Origin: Octopus sinensis | Lineage: Eukaryota | DNA length: 64,000 bases | Reading direction: 5' to 3' | NCBI RefSeq assembly: GCF_006345805.1 | Contig: NC_043003.1 | Span: 20,584,001 to 20,648,000 of the forward strand | Part shown: piece by piece, positions 25,608-38,570 of the stretch | Layout: the number at the start of each line of letters is the position of its first letter | How positions within the stretch are numbered: the first letter of the stretch is position 1 | The notes under the pieces: model-generated | Database searches by the model: none | The model's input: only the letters and a program-made list of their open reading frames with translations | What the model was told of the DNA's origin: nothing | Program-made: the position numbers and the translations under genes

Positions 25608-25808
25608 ATTATATAAAAGGGCTTAGTAAATAAATTACTTTGCCGCATACTGAACTCGTTAGAAATAGCAGCTAAAAAAACTATTTCTAACACTTAAAGA
25701 AAACCTCTTTAAGTTTTCTTTAAGTGTTAGAAATAGTTTTTTTAGCTGCTATTTCTAACGAGTTCAGTATGCGGCAAAGTATTTATTTACTAAGCCCTTT
25801 TATATAAT
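25608..25808. repeat. Near-perfect 201-bp palindrome (97/96-bp arms, 8-nt spacer)
   Basis: Arms differ by one indel; flanked by (TA)n. Confidence 0.95.
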
Positions 25809-25902
25809 GTAATAATTTGAATTTGCCTTAAATGGTCCCTTTGCATACTGAATACTTGGTGAAATTGATTAATTAATTAATTAATTTTACCCTCAATTGT
25901 TG

Positions 25903-25941
<39 letters not shown>

Positions 25942-25963
25942 TATATTATATATATATATATAT

Positions 25964-26160
25964 AGTCTTCGACGTTTCGAGCCCACGCTCTTCGACAGAA
26001 AGGGACGAGAAGAGAAAAGTCCTCTCATTCCTTTCTGTCGAAGAGCGTGGGCTCGAAACGTCGAAGACTTTTCCATTCTGCCCGAACGTCAAACTAATAC
26101 AGCTGCTTGCTATTTCTTCGCCTGTCTTCGTCTTATGTTTTCTGTAAATCTGATCTACAC
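25964..26160 (+). mobile_element. Penelope-like fragment with a perfect 40-bp inverted 5' segment
   Basis: 25964-26003 is the exact reverse complement of 26030-26069; abuts (TA)n. Confidence 0.8.
26031..26066 (+). ncRNA. Minimal type-I hammerhead motif with A6U core variant (mirror copy on the - strand at 25967-26002)
   Basis: CUUU-CUGUCGA-A-GAGC-GUGG-GCUC-GAAACGUC|GAAG; 4-bp stems I and II, palindromic ACGU in place of stem III. Confidence 0.65.
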
Positions 26161-26207
26161 ACACACAAACACACAATATATATATATTATATATATATAT
26201 ATTTATA

Positions 26208-26240
<33 letters not shown>

Positions 26241-27072
26241 GCTACTTAATATACATGTATATATATATATATGTAAATATATGTATGCATATATGCATAC
26301 ATATATATGTATGTTATGTATGTATATATTCATAGGGATAGATGCATGTGTTTATATATATATATGCTACTTAATATACATGTATATATATATATATGTA
26401 AATATATGTATGCATATATGCATACATATATATGTATGTTTATGTATGTATATATTCATAGGGATAGATGCATGTGTTTATATATATATATGTATATATA
26501 TATGTATATACGCATATATATTTGTGTCTGTGTTCTCGCGCGCGCCGTGTGAAATTTTGCGAAACAGTAAACAAACCTAGAGATAACTTTTTTCTTTGTG
26601 ATTCTCAATATGAAGGGAAGATAATTTCAAGAAGCAAGAGATCACTCAAGTCACTTTACAAGCGTGGGGAAAATACATTCTGGTCCTTATTTACAAAGAC
26701 ATCTTTTGACATAAATTTCGGTCCAATGAAACTCGTCAGCATTTTATATCTAGCCGAGCGTGTAGATCTGTAGATAAATGCTTTGATATAGGAAAAGAGG
26801 TACAATTATTTTCGGCAACATATAGTGTTACCGTTATCATTAAACTGGAGATTTTATGCTCGTCGCTTGATGGTTAGTCATTTGACGATAACTCTGTCCG
26901 GTTAAAAGACCCTTTGGGTATCATTTGCTCATAAAAGAAAGCTAAGATGAAAACAGACAAATATTCAGAAAGCTTCATTTACAAAATGAGGAGTAAAGCT
27001 ATATAAAACATATTTCGTTTTTGGATTTGGTTTGCAAGATTCTTTATATGAGTTCGTGTGTTGAAGAATAGT

Positions 27073-27473
27073 CTGTTGTGTCTGGGGAGAGTCATTCACT
27101 TTTAGTGCCTTTTTATATAACACACACACAGGTAAAATTTCCACTTATTTCTTATTTTTATTTTCTAAAATTTTCGTTGCGTCTTGCAAACTTTTCAATA
27201 GTCTTGACTCGCCAGAGAGTCAAGCCTATTGAAAAGTTTGCAAGACGCAACGAAAATTTCCACTTATTTCTTATTTTTATTTTCTAAAATTTTCGTTGCG
27301 TTTTGCAACCTTTTCAATAGTCTTGACTCTCTGGCGAGTCAAGACTATTGAAAAGGTTGCAAGACGCAACGAAAATTTTAAAAAATAAAAATAAGAAATA
27401 AGTGGATATTTTACCGGTGAGTGTGTTAAATAATAAGGCAATAAAAGAGAATGACTCTCCCCAGACACAACAG
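27073..27473. mobile_element. Nested palindrome: ~95-bp outer arms enclosing two 43-bp-stem hairpins with flip/flop loops
   Basis: Loops GCCAGA (27211-27216) and TCTGGC (27330-27335); the family recurs at 43091-43189. Confidence 0.9.
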
Positions 27474-28021
27474 TATATTAAAACAGTTTATTATTTAGAA
27501 ATTGAACAGAATAATTTAAATAAAGTTCGATATGATCGGTTTGAGTGGAAAAAGTGTAAGTCTGTACAGATAAACTATAATCCCTTTTGAGGATATAATC
27601 CTTTTTTGCAATGTATCTCGAATGTGAATGTATCTGTAAATAGCTGCTTATAAAGTAGAAAAGTAACCTGGAACTAATCGCTTTAGAGTAATTCTTTCAT
27701 AACCGTAGAAAGTGGGATATGTGGTTCGGTTTCAAGGTGAGTGTGGTCGTGTTTCTTTTTTTTTATTTTTTATGTCGAAGGGATTTTTCATCCATTGCGT
27801 GATGAGCTTTTATTTACTTTTAAATTTCATTCGAGAATATTTATAAAATGGACTTACTGTTCTATTTATAAAATAATAACCTTAAGTACAAACCTCCCTT
27901 TATAAATATTCAAATTAAAATTCAGAAAATAAAGTTGTAACATTAATATAATTTATCGTTGAATTTTTGCAGTTAATAAATTATATTCATGTTACATCTT
28001 CATTTTCTGAATTTTAATTTC

Positions 28022-28052
<31 letters not shown>

Positions 28053-28159
28053 AAGGAACAGTCAAAACGACTGCTTCTTCTAGCGTGTAAAAATACCTGT
28101 TAAAGGTAGTTTCTCTTGTGTTTAAATGTACACTATTTTATATTGAGAATATGTTGTCT

Positions 28160-30040
28160 ATTGACGTTTTATACATGCTAGGCCACTTTTTATGCCTGCT
28201 AGGCAGCGCATATCTGTCCACGAAGAGATAGAAAATTTGCTCCTCCTGTGGATCAATGAGAAGCAACTCACAGGAGATACGATTACTGAGACCATCATCT
28301 GCGAGAAAGCACGAGTGCTGTATGGAGTTCTCCTGATGTAGAACCCTAGAACATCTATGGCCAGTCGTGGCTGGTTCAATGATTTGAAGAAGACTGGTGT
28401 TCATAGCGTCGTCAGGTATGGAGAAGCAGCGAGTTCTGACACGAAGTTAGCTGAGGATTTCGTGCGTAAATTCCGTCAGCTCATCGCAGCCGAGGGGTAC
28501 ATCGCACAACAGGTATTAAATTCTGATGAAACTGGTCATTTTTGGAAAACAAAATGCCCAGAAGAACATACATAACGGCAAAGGGGAAAAAATGCCAGAC
28601 CACAAGCTTATGAAAGATAGATTAACTCTTAGTCTTTGTGTCAATGCGAGTGGAGACTTGAAGATTAAGCCACTACTTGTCTACCATTCCGAAAATTCAC
28701 GTGTGTTCAAGTTGCACAAAATCCTAAAGAAGAAGCTGCAGGTCATGTAGAGTGTAAATGTTAAAGCCTGGATCACCAGGCAATTCTTTACCAAGTGGGT
28801 CAACCTTATCCTCGCACCAGCAGTGAAAAAATGCATTCTGGACGACGATCTTCCTCTCAAGGCCCTCTTCATCCTCGACATTGCTCCTGCACTCCCACCT
28901 AACTTCGAAGATGATATCCGGGACGAATTTAAATTCATAAAAGTTCTATACCTTCACGCAACACCACCCCTGTCTTACAGTCCATGGACCAACAGGTGGT
29001 TTCTAATTTTAAGAAATCGTACACTAAATGCCTGTTTCGTCGGTGCTTTAGAGTCACCGAAAATACAAAGCTAACCCTTCATGAGTTTTGGAAGGAGTAC
29101 TACAACATTGTTAAGTGTCTGAAAATTATAAATATGGCTGGCAAGATGTAACGAGAACACTGAATTCTATTGGGAGGGACCTGTGGCCTGATTGCGTATC
29201 CGGAAGAGACTTTGAGTGGTTTGAGTTTGCGACACTTGTAATCGAGGAGATGGTGTCTCTTGGCAAGTCTATCGGCCTCGAGGTTGACAATGGGGACATT
29301 AACGATTTTGTCGAGGAGAACTTAGAGGAGCTGACGATAGACCAACTCCTGCAGCTTCAGGAGCAGCAGCATTCGGATACAGTGGAAGAGATTGGTTCCG
29401 CGGAGGAGGCCAGTGTAGCGGAAAAGGCTATTTCTACGAGTAATGTTGGTAAAGTGGCAGTATATTTCTGAATGTGTGGAAAAATACCATCTTGAAAAGG
29501 TATCTACAAGTCGTGCGGCTTTGGCGCATTTTCGTAACATTTTGAAGGCAGTAAAATGCAGACATCTCTTCATACCTTTTTAATGAACCGACCTGCAAGT
29601 GGAAAAGTGAAGAAAGGGTGTCCAAAAAACTTAAATTAAGCGAAAAGAGACGACGCCAGAAATTATTCTTCCTGAAGTTTTACTAGAAGAAGATTCTCCT
29701 TCCAAACAATAGTCCTCCTCTTCTCTGTTCCATCGTCTTCCTTGCGCCCATTTCATCCCGTCTTTAAGGTAATTAAAGTAATAAAGCTAATTTACATATT
29801 TTTTTGCATTCTCTTTTATTATGTTTTTATAATGGTCATTTTCCTTCTAACTGCATCTTTTCTGAATTTAAAACTCATAAAAGATGACTTCTGAGAGGGG
29901 CTTTTTTTGAGGGGGGGAGCTCGAACGGATTAATTATATTTTAATTAATTTCAATGGGGAAAATTGATTTGTAAAACGAGTAAATCGTAAAATAAGGTCA
30001 GTCATGGAACGAATTAAACTCGTACTGCGTGGTATCATTG
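28160..30040 (+). mobile_element. 5'-truncated Tigger/pogo (CENP-B HTH + DDE) transposon pseudogene
   Basis: LLLLWINEKQ, ASRGWF, QQVLNSDETG, MKDRLTL, LFILDIAP, QSMDQQVVSNFK with stops and frameshifts; right TIR ...CTCGTACTGCGTGGTATCATTG|TA. Confidence 0.9.
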
Positions 30041-30049
30041 TATTATATT

Positions 30050-30074
30050 ATCTTATCTTATCTTATCTTATATT

Positions 30075-30121
<47 letters not shown>

Positions 30122-30162
30122 CATACATACATAGATAGATAGATACATAGATAGATAGATAC

Positions 30163-30197
<35 letters not shown>
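30050..30197. repeat. (CTTAT)n then (GATA)n tract; (GATA)n resumes at ~32015-32048
   Basis: Seen directly on both sides of the Tx1 LINE. Confidence 0.95.
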
Positions 30198-32013
30198 TGT
30201 TTCTTTATTAGCCACACAGGGCTGCACACAGATAGAACAAATTACAAGGTAGAGCTTTTCTTTTGAAGGTTTAAAAAATTAAAAAAATTAAAAAATAAAA
30301 TAAAAATAAAATAAAAAAGGGGGGTCGATCAAAAGGGATCGTAAAAGGAGAGAAAGAGGACAAAAAAAAAGGGGGGGTTAAAAAAAGGAGGAGAGGAAAA
30401 AAATTGATCAATAGGGATCGTTATCACAGAAATGTCAATATGAAGTGTAAAGGGGAGGACAGGTGAGGTTTACCCGTGGAAAGAAAAGCCTACGGAAAAG
30501 ACCACGGTAACCTCTGTCAATGAAGTCACATGTTATATTTCTTTTTTTTTTTTTTTTTTGCAAATAAGCAACTCTCTGTATTAATTTTTACGGTTCATAG
30601 AATCATAGTCAAGGTGGCTTCGTCATTCATACGTGCCATCCTTGCTACATTCACCCATCTTTTTTTAAAACATTCACTAGACAAAACTTGCCTCTCTACT
30701 CTCACTTTTTTCTTCAAGTGATACTTGAAGAAGTTGATGAGAGATTGACCAGAGAGGAAAGTGTTTGTCTCTAATCCTTCAGACGCGTTCACCAGATACA
30801 TTCTTTCGCCATAGCCACAAGTATGATAAAAATAGCTCTTCCTTCCCGTTTGAAGGAAGGAGGCGTGACGATATTAACGATAGACTCGGCTGATAAACCG
30901 ACACGTCCCACACGTGACAGCAGTCGTTCGACATAAGCCCACAGGTGGGAAATTGCTGGACACTGCACGATTGCGTGCAGAGCGGTTTCGTCGCTCTGCC
31001 CGCATCTCGGGCAGGTCGGCCCCGTGTTTCTCGAGCCATGCCTATAGAGCTTATCCCGAACGGGTAGCGCTTCTCGGTAGCACCGCCAGGCCAGGGATCT
31101 CTGGAAGTTGTCCATAGGTCCCGGGCCGAAAGTCGTTTGAAACAGGCGGGTCAGGTATTCCTCGTCGACGCCCAGGTTTGCCCCGAGCTCGTCGTCGTAC
31201 CTCCCCTCCACTAATCCCCTATAGAATGCTTTGGTTGTGTTGAAGTCACTCAAGGTCGACCCGGGACGGCAGAGTTGCTTGAGAGCAACGCGACACTCGC
31301 GGTGCCATTCGCCCTTCTTCGGCCTCTTTTTGATCCACGACTGTAGTTCGGTCATGGAGACGAGTTGCGGGAATGCGTGCCTCACAAACGGCGACCACAC
31401 CTGTTCACCGTCGTCTACATAGAGCCGGAGATGTCGCAGTCTCAGCGCGTGTCTGCGCATCATCAACCACGGCATGCCAGCCCTCCTTTTAACGGGTGTT
31501 GACAGCAAATGGATCGCCTGACCATCGGGACGCATCCTTTCCACAAGAAGCGGAAGAGGATGCGTTCTAGTTTGGTGATGGTAGGGTCGGGACAAGGTAC
31601 GACGGTCAGGCGGTAGTAGATGATGGACGCGATGTACGCGTTCACCACCTCCGCCCGACCTTTTAGGGACAGTTTCCTCTCGGTCCATTGCTGGGCGAGA
31701 GCGACCACCCTACTCGTTATCTCGTTCCAGTTCTTCTCCATTTGGAGGTCCGGACCGAACCAGACCCCGAGCAACTCAACCGGGCCGTCTGTCCAGCGTC
31801 CCACGACGGAGGTACTGGTGGACGGCATGGGCTTGCTTCTCCAGGTGCCGAGCCGCAAGCCCACTGACTTTTCCCGGTTGATTTTTGCTCCTGTCACCGC
31901 TTCGTAGTCTTTCAGTGTCTCGCCGACCCGCTCGATATGCTCGTGGCTTGACACTATGACGGTGACGTCGTCCGCGTATGCAGACACGCTCGTCCCGCAT
32001 CCCAATTCTCGCG
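30198..32013 (-). mobile_element. 5'-truncated Tx1/L1-clade LINE: RT C-terminal half, zf-RVT and 3' UTR
   Basis: YADDVTVIV, GAKINREKS, LSLKGRAEVVN, CPRCGQSDETALHAIVQC; frameshift near 31478, a stop at 30789, ORF2 end near 30595; AATAAA at 30204-30209 (- strand). Confidence 0.95.
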
Positions 32014-32049
<36 letters not shown>

Positions 32050-34510
32050 GTATATATGTATGGATACAGACATCATTTATGAAATTATTTTGTTATAAAT
32101 TTTTAAGAAGCGTCTATTCTGCCTGAGTTTAAATGATACTGTCAAGCACAACAAACTGGAAGTGTCGGTAGATAATATATCGACTCGGTGTATTATGATA
32201 ATTCGACAACTATTGCATACATGTGTTTACATAAATATGTCAACAAGTGAGCCTCTATAAAAGCATTTTATGTACTAGAATTAGTAAACAATTCTTGCCT
32301 TGATCACACTCTACCGCCTCAAAAACATAGTAGGACGTATTGGATAATGAGGTCAATATATTTTAGAATTTTGAACGGGCTCGTCATGGCTGAAACTTTT
32401 TTCGATCATAGGTCTCGATTGATCATGAATGACTTAGAGCTAAACCAGAATGGCTGCAGCAAAATATACCTGTTTGCGTTGGTGGATTTTTATTTGGGCA
32501 TACTTATACACACACACACACACACACACAAACATACTCTCACACAGACAAGCACACGTGTATATATGTATAAAATGATTTGTGTGCGTGTCAGTTTGAG
32601 AGTGTTGTTTGTGAATGAGTGTGTGTATGTGTGTGTGTGCATGTGTGTGTTTGCGTATCATTCACGTCAGTGGGCCTTACAACCTTTTGCTCTGTTTTCT
32701 TCCTCTCCTTCCTCATCTTTCTCCTCTTCCTCCTTCCTCTTCCTTCAAGCCCATGCTGTCGTCTCATCGTAGTTTTGTCCATTTCACGTTCAATAATGAT
32801 TTAATCAATATTCGGGCAGCTCGATGCTTCATCAGTTCTATGACATTATCGATTTTCGGCTGTTTTCAATGCAATCTACGCTTATGTTATAAAATATTTG
32901 ATTATTTCATTTGAAGAGTAGTACTTCTCTTTATACGAAAAATGTCTGTAGTATTATTGCTGTTGGTTAATACAACTGCAACCTTGTTAGTTATATACCA
33001 ATTCCATATTTATAAACTTCTATTCTTTCAATATATATACATATCAATCTATTTATCGAGATCATTCAAATATCGACCTATACCTATTTATGTACCTATC
33101 TATCGACCTGTCTATTTATCTACCGATTCGCTTCATCTATCTTTCTATCTATCTATCTATGTATCCTTTTAAGTCAGAGTGTTAAACTCTATATGTGATT
33201 TCAAGATCTGTTAGAAATATATTGCCTGAATATACATCTGGTTGCGCTTGGCATGAGATTGACCATATCATTTTGATTAGAACTGACCTAGAACTACAAC
33301 TACCATATAAATGCACTTTTAAAGTTCTGCATTGTACACTTATTATTCTTTCTCTCACCCCACCCCCGTTACTTCTCTTTCTTCTCTTTGACAAAGAATA
33401 TCAGCCGAAACGTTAGATGTTCTTTCTAACCTTTGGTTGTTGTTTTTCGCTATATATTTCTATGCTTTTTCGGTCACATGCATTGCTTGTCTATCTCCAC
33501 TTTGCCTTCTGATATGACCTGCCTTCGCTTGTCAGTATATGAAAATGTGCTCCCTTGCAGTTCCGATGGTTTTAACTCTTATTTCTTGCGATATAGGTGC
33601 TACCCAGCACCTTCAATCATAATTAGTGACCATTGAATGTTATGCGTTTATGTGTGTGTGTATGTGTGTGTAGCCATTCTAATTGAGCTGTGTGTAAGTG
33701 AATATGGTTCATTAAAAAGAACTAACTAGGTGGGAACATGTTCGTTACTTTCATGAATAAGCTTTAAAGACAAGGTCCACTCTTGAACAACATTTTCATA
33801 ACTTGCCCAAACATTTTAATTAGCTGCTATTGCTACCCTTCTTGCTTGCTAGTTTTGATGTTTAACAGTTATTAAATTTAGATTTTTCATCAAATTTGAA
33901 ATAGAAAATCTTTGTTGTTTGAATATTAGATATCTGACAATTTACTGTATATTACATACATCTTGAAGAACTCTCCCTAACGAGTAGCTTCCCTCCAAAT
34001 ATTCTTGTGAATTCAGCTTCGTCACAGTCTCCAAGCACAGAAATGAAAAATATAACTGTGTAGACAAGTATTTCAGAATTCCAATGATAAAAATATTAAA
34101 ACTGAAGTTTAAATACTTTAAATTTATCATGGGTTTCCTTATACATTTTACGTTATGCTTAGATTTTTTTAATTTTTATTTAATCTCACCGTCAACAAAT
34201 AAGCAGTATGTAATTATATACAATTTCGGCTAAATTCTTGTTTGTGTTTGATATAAATAACGACCGTTAGAAATTCTCTTCGTGAGCAGAAGAATGAGGC
34301 AGGAGATTTTCTTCTAATGAAAAGTCAACAAATCGTGGAACAAGACAGAACAAGCTTTCGAGAGTTGTGTTCCACAGTGAAAGGTTTAAAAGCTGTAGCT
34401 TACATTAAGTATATCTTATTTAATAATTTTTTATACTTGCTTCGGTGGGCATTAATAACTGTCTATGCAAACACACGTGTGTGTGTGTGTGTGTGTGTCT
34501 GCGCGTGTTG

Positions 34511-35245
34511 TTAGTTCATCGGTGTCTGATGGTGACATAATTTGCGCTCTCTGCAGTGAGAGTGCATGTGACACCGCAGTCCAAAGCTGGGAGCACACAG
34601 ACATCCACTTCTGTAACCAGGATAGTCCGTTGGCTGGATTGAGGTGGACGCTGCCTTGTGATGTCTGTCTTTTGTAGCAGCGTGATGCTGCCGTCGTTCA
34701 TATGCGAAGGCAACTGATGCTCGTGAGGTGAGAGCCCTCCACATCTGTGACAGAGGCTTCAAATTCGTGTGGGCTAATGCTCCGAAATATCATCCTGAAT
34801 CCACAAGGCCAACCAAGCAATTAGAAAACTGGAAGTGAAAATCTTCCAGCAGAATGCCATTAGATTGTCTACAAAGGCCAAGATCTACAAGGCTGTATGT
34901 ATTTCTAAGTATTCTGTGGATGTGAAATACAGATCCCATACTGCCGACACATGAAGCAGCTGGAACAGTTTCACACTAGGGCACTACGCAGGACCATGGG
35001 GTATTCGCTGGCAGAACAGAGTGACAAACCAAAAAGTGTTGGACAGAAATGGTTCAACAAGACTCCATTACGCTGGACTGGTCACGTCATAAGAATGACT
35101 GACAACCATGTCCCCAGACAGCTGTTGCACGGCGAGCTGACGCAAGGCTCAACCAAACAAGGAAAGCCTACTCTGGGGTACAAGGACACCCGAAAAATCA
35201 ATCTCGAATGGAACGGCATTAGTCACCGTGAACATGATGCATGTG
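34511..35245. mobile_element. RTE-clade LINE fragment with internal inversion (3' end on - at 34511-34783; upstream part on + at 34784-35245)
   Basis: + part: IHKANQA...LEQFHTRALRR...LRWTGHVIRM...LLHGEL; - part: WRALT...SFGLRCHMHSH C-terminal zinc-finger region. Confidence 0.8.
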
Positions 35246-35291
35246 TGTATGTGTGTGCATATATATACATACGCACACGTACATGTAAATA

Positions 35292-35352
<61 letters not shown>

Positions 35353-35370
35353 GTATATATATATATATAT

Positions 35371-35435
<65 letters not shown>

Positions 35436-35461
35436 TGTGAGTCTGCGAGGGAAATATGCTG

Positions 35462-35545
35462 GATAAAAATCATAAAATCATAATTAGCTGTTCTCCCTGT
35501 ATTTTTCTTTTACACAGAGATCGGAACTTTTCAGCATCCCCTCCT
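35462..35545 (-). mobile_element. Half copy of the mariner-type MITE seen at 56299
   Basis: GAGGGGATGCTGAAAAGTTCC...AATTATGATTTTAT similarity. Confidence 0.7.
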
Positions 35546-35565
35546 ATATGGACAGCTAGATACAC

Positions 35566-35604
<39 letters not shown>

Positions 35605-35615
35605 TAGATAGATAG

Positions 35616-35678
<63 letters not shown>

Positions 35679-36060
35679 TAGATAGATAGATAGATATAGA
35701 TAGATAGATAGATCTAAGTATATGTATTATAGAGATCAATGTACGTACATATACATATACATATATATACATGCATGCTTACACACACACACACTAACAC
35801 ACACAAACACACACACAAACGCACACACACACACATATATATATATATACATACATGCAGACATATTTATACATATGTAAATATACGTATGTATATATAT
35901 ATATATATGTGTGTATGTGTATGTATATATATATGTGTGTGTGTGTGTGTGCGTGTGAGTGTGTGTGTCTATATATATATATATATATGTGATTGTATAT
36001 ATATATGTGTGTGTGTGTGTGTGTATGTATACATATATATATGTGTGTATATATTTATAC

Positions 36061-36092
<32 letters not shown>

Positions 36093-36136
36093 TATATATG
36101 TGTATATATATATATATATTATATATATATATATAT

Positions 36137-36170
<34 letters not shown>

Positions 36171-36490
36171 TATTATATATATATATATATGTGTATATAT
36201 ATATATATATATACATACATACTTATATACTAATGTGCGTAACACAATTGCCTGCCAAGGTCGACGTTGTCTTTCATCTTTGCCAGATCGTTAAAATAAA
36301 TGTGCAGAAATTTAGAATGAAACGAAACGATTCATTCAGCACTCCAATTTATTAGATTTGTGGATCTCTGCTGAAGCTAAAGCTCATCATCATCACCATC
36401 ACCATCACCATCAGTATAATTATCATCATTATCATTATCATTATTACTATTACTATTACTACTATTATATTAATATTATTATTATTATTA

Positions 36491-36539
<49 letters not shown>

Positions 36540-36548
36540 TATTATTAC

Positions 36549-36597
<49 letters not shown>

Positions 36598-36600
<3 letters not shown>

Positions 36601-36839
36601 AGTAGTTGTAAGGCAGGTTGTAGGTAGAATCGTTAGCACGCTGGACAAAACGCTTAACAGCCTAACGTCCGTCTTTACGTTCGGAGTTCAACTTCTGCCG
36701 AAGCTGACTCTGTCTTTCATCGATTCGGGGTCGATAATATAAGTACCCGTTAAGAACTGGGGTGGATGTAATCGACTAGTCTCCTCCCCACCGAATTTCA
36801 GGCTTTGTGCCTTCAGTAGAAAGGATTCTTTTTCTTCAT

Positions 36840-36870
<31 letters not shown>

Positions 36871-38345
36871 ACAACGTCATCTCTATCATTCTCCATGTCC
36901 CGCGTATACTTTCCTTTTTATCATTTCATTATATATAAACCCCCCCACACACACACTTTATGTCTGTCTCTATATTGTTCCCCTCATCCTTCGCTCTGTG
37001 GCAAATAATGAAAGCATTATTATTACTATTACTATTATTATTTTTTTATTATTATTATTATTATTTATTATTATATTATTATTATTATTATTATTATGGT
37101 AGTGTTGTTCTTCTTATTGGCGAACTAGCAGAATTGTTAGCACGCCGGACAAAATGCTTAGCAGCATTTTATTTTGCTCATCCTTACTTTCTGAGTTCAA
37201 ATTCCACCGGTGTCGTCTTTACCTTTCATCCGTTCAGGGTTGATAAATAAGGTATCAGTGAAACACTAGGGTGGATGTAATCGACTAGTCCCCACCACCA
37301 CCACCACCACCGATTTCAAGGCCTGGTACCAATGGTAGAAAGGACTATTATAGAGGCTGCGAGCTGGCAGAAACGTTAACACGCCGGGCCAAATGCTTAG
37401 CAGTATTTCGTCTGCCGCTACCTTCTGAGTTCAAATTCCGCCGAGGTCGACTTTGCCTTTCATCTTTTCGGGGACGATTAAATAAGTACCAGTTACGCAC
37501 TGGGGTCGATGTAATCGACTTAATCCGTTTGTCTGTCCTTGTTTGTTCTCTCTGTGTTTAGCCCCTTGTGGGTAGTAAAGAAATAGGTATTTCGTACCAT
37601 ATCCGTGCTCTGTCCAGTCCATACATTTCACATAACCTCCAATGGACGTTATCGTGTCACCTTTTGTAGTATTTTTGGGCCAGCTTGCTATACTCACTCA
37701 CAATATGTGAGACTGTTTCGTTTACTATTATTATTATTATTCTATGTTTGACTTTTGCTTTATGTCTGTACAAGTTGGCTCCAAGTCTCACCCAGAGACC
37801 TCAAGAGACAACAGGTTAGAAGTTCTGTGCCATATATTTGGGTTTTTTTTGTTTTTGTTTTTTTTTGGTGTTGTACTAGTGAATGTCTAATACATAAAAA
37901 AAAAAGAAATAATAAATAAATAAATTTTTTAAAAAGTTTGTTTTAAACCTTGGGATTACATAGAGAGTATTTTGCGTAGGATATTATTATTATTATTATT
38001 ATATTATATTATTATTATTATTATTATTATCATTATTATTATTATTATTATCATTATTATTTTTTTTCCTTCTTTCTTCAATTTTTTTCCATTCCTCGCT
38101 GAATGTTTTCCGTACACCTACGGCAGAGAAGCTATTGTATGTACAAAAAACACTCGGCGAGAAATGGAAGAAAATTGAAGAAAGAAGGAAAAAAAAAAAT
38201 GATAATAATGATAATGATGATGACAATAATAATAATAATAATAATATAATAATAATAATATAATAATAATAATAAACGAAACAATCTCACATTTTGTGAG
38301 TGAGTATAGCAAGTTGGCCCATTATTATTATTATTATTATTATTA

Positions 38346-38380
<35 letters not shown>

Positions 38381-38442
38381 GTTGTTGTTGTTGTTGTTAT
38401 TATCATTATTATTATTTCTCTTATTATTATTATTATTATCAT

Positions 38443-38512
<70 letters not shown>

Positions 38513-38521
38513 TATTATTAC

Positions 38522-38570
<49 letters not shown>

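Noticed and set aside
27168-27378. CRISPR-like or endogenous parvoviral/poxviral terminus
   Set aside because: No spacers or cas genes and no viral ORFs; the arm sequence recurs as a TSD-flanked genomic repeat at 43091.
32805-32836. CUGAUGA...GCA/UGC motif on the - strand
   Set aside because: GAAA incomplete and no stem I.
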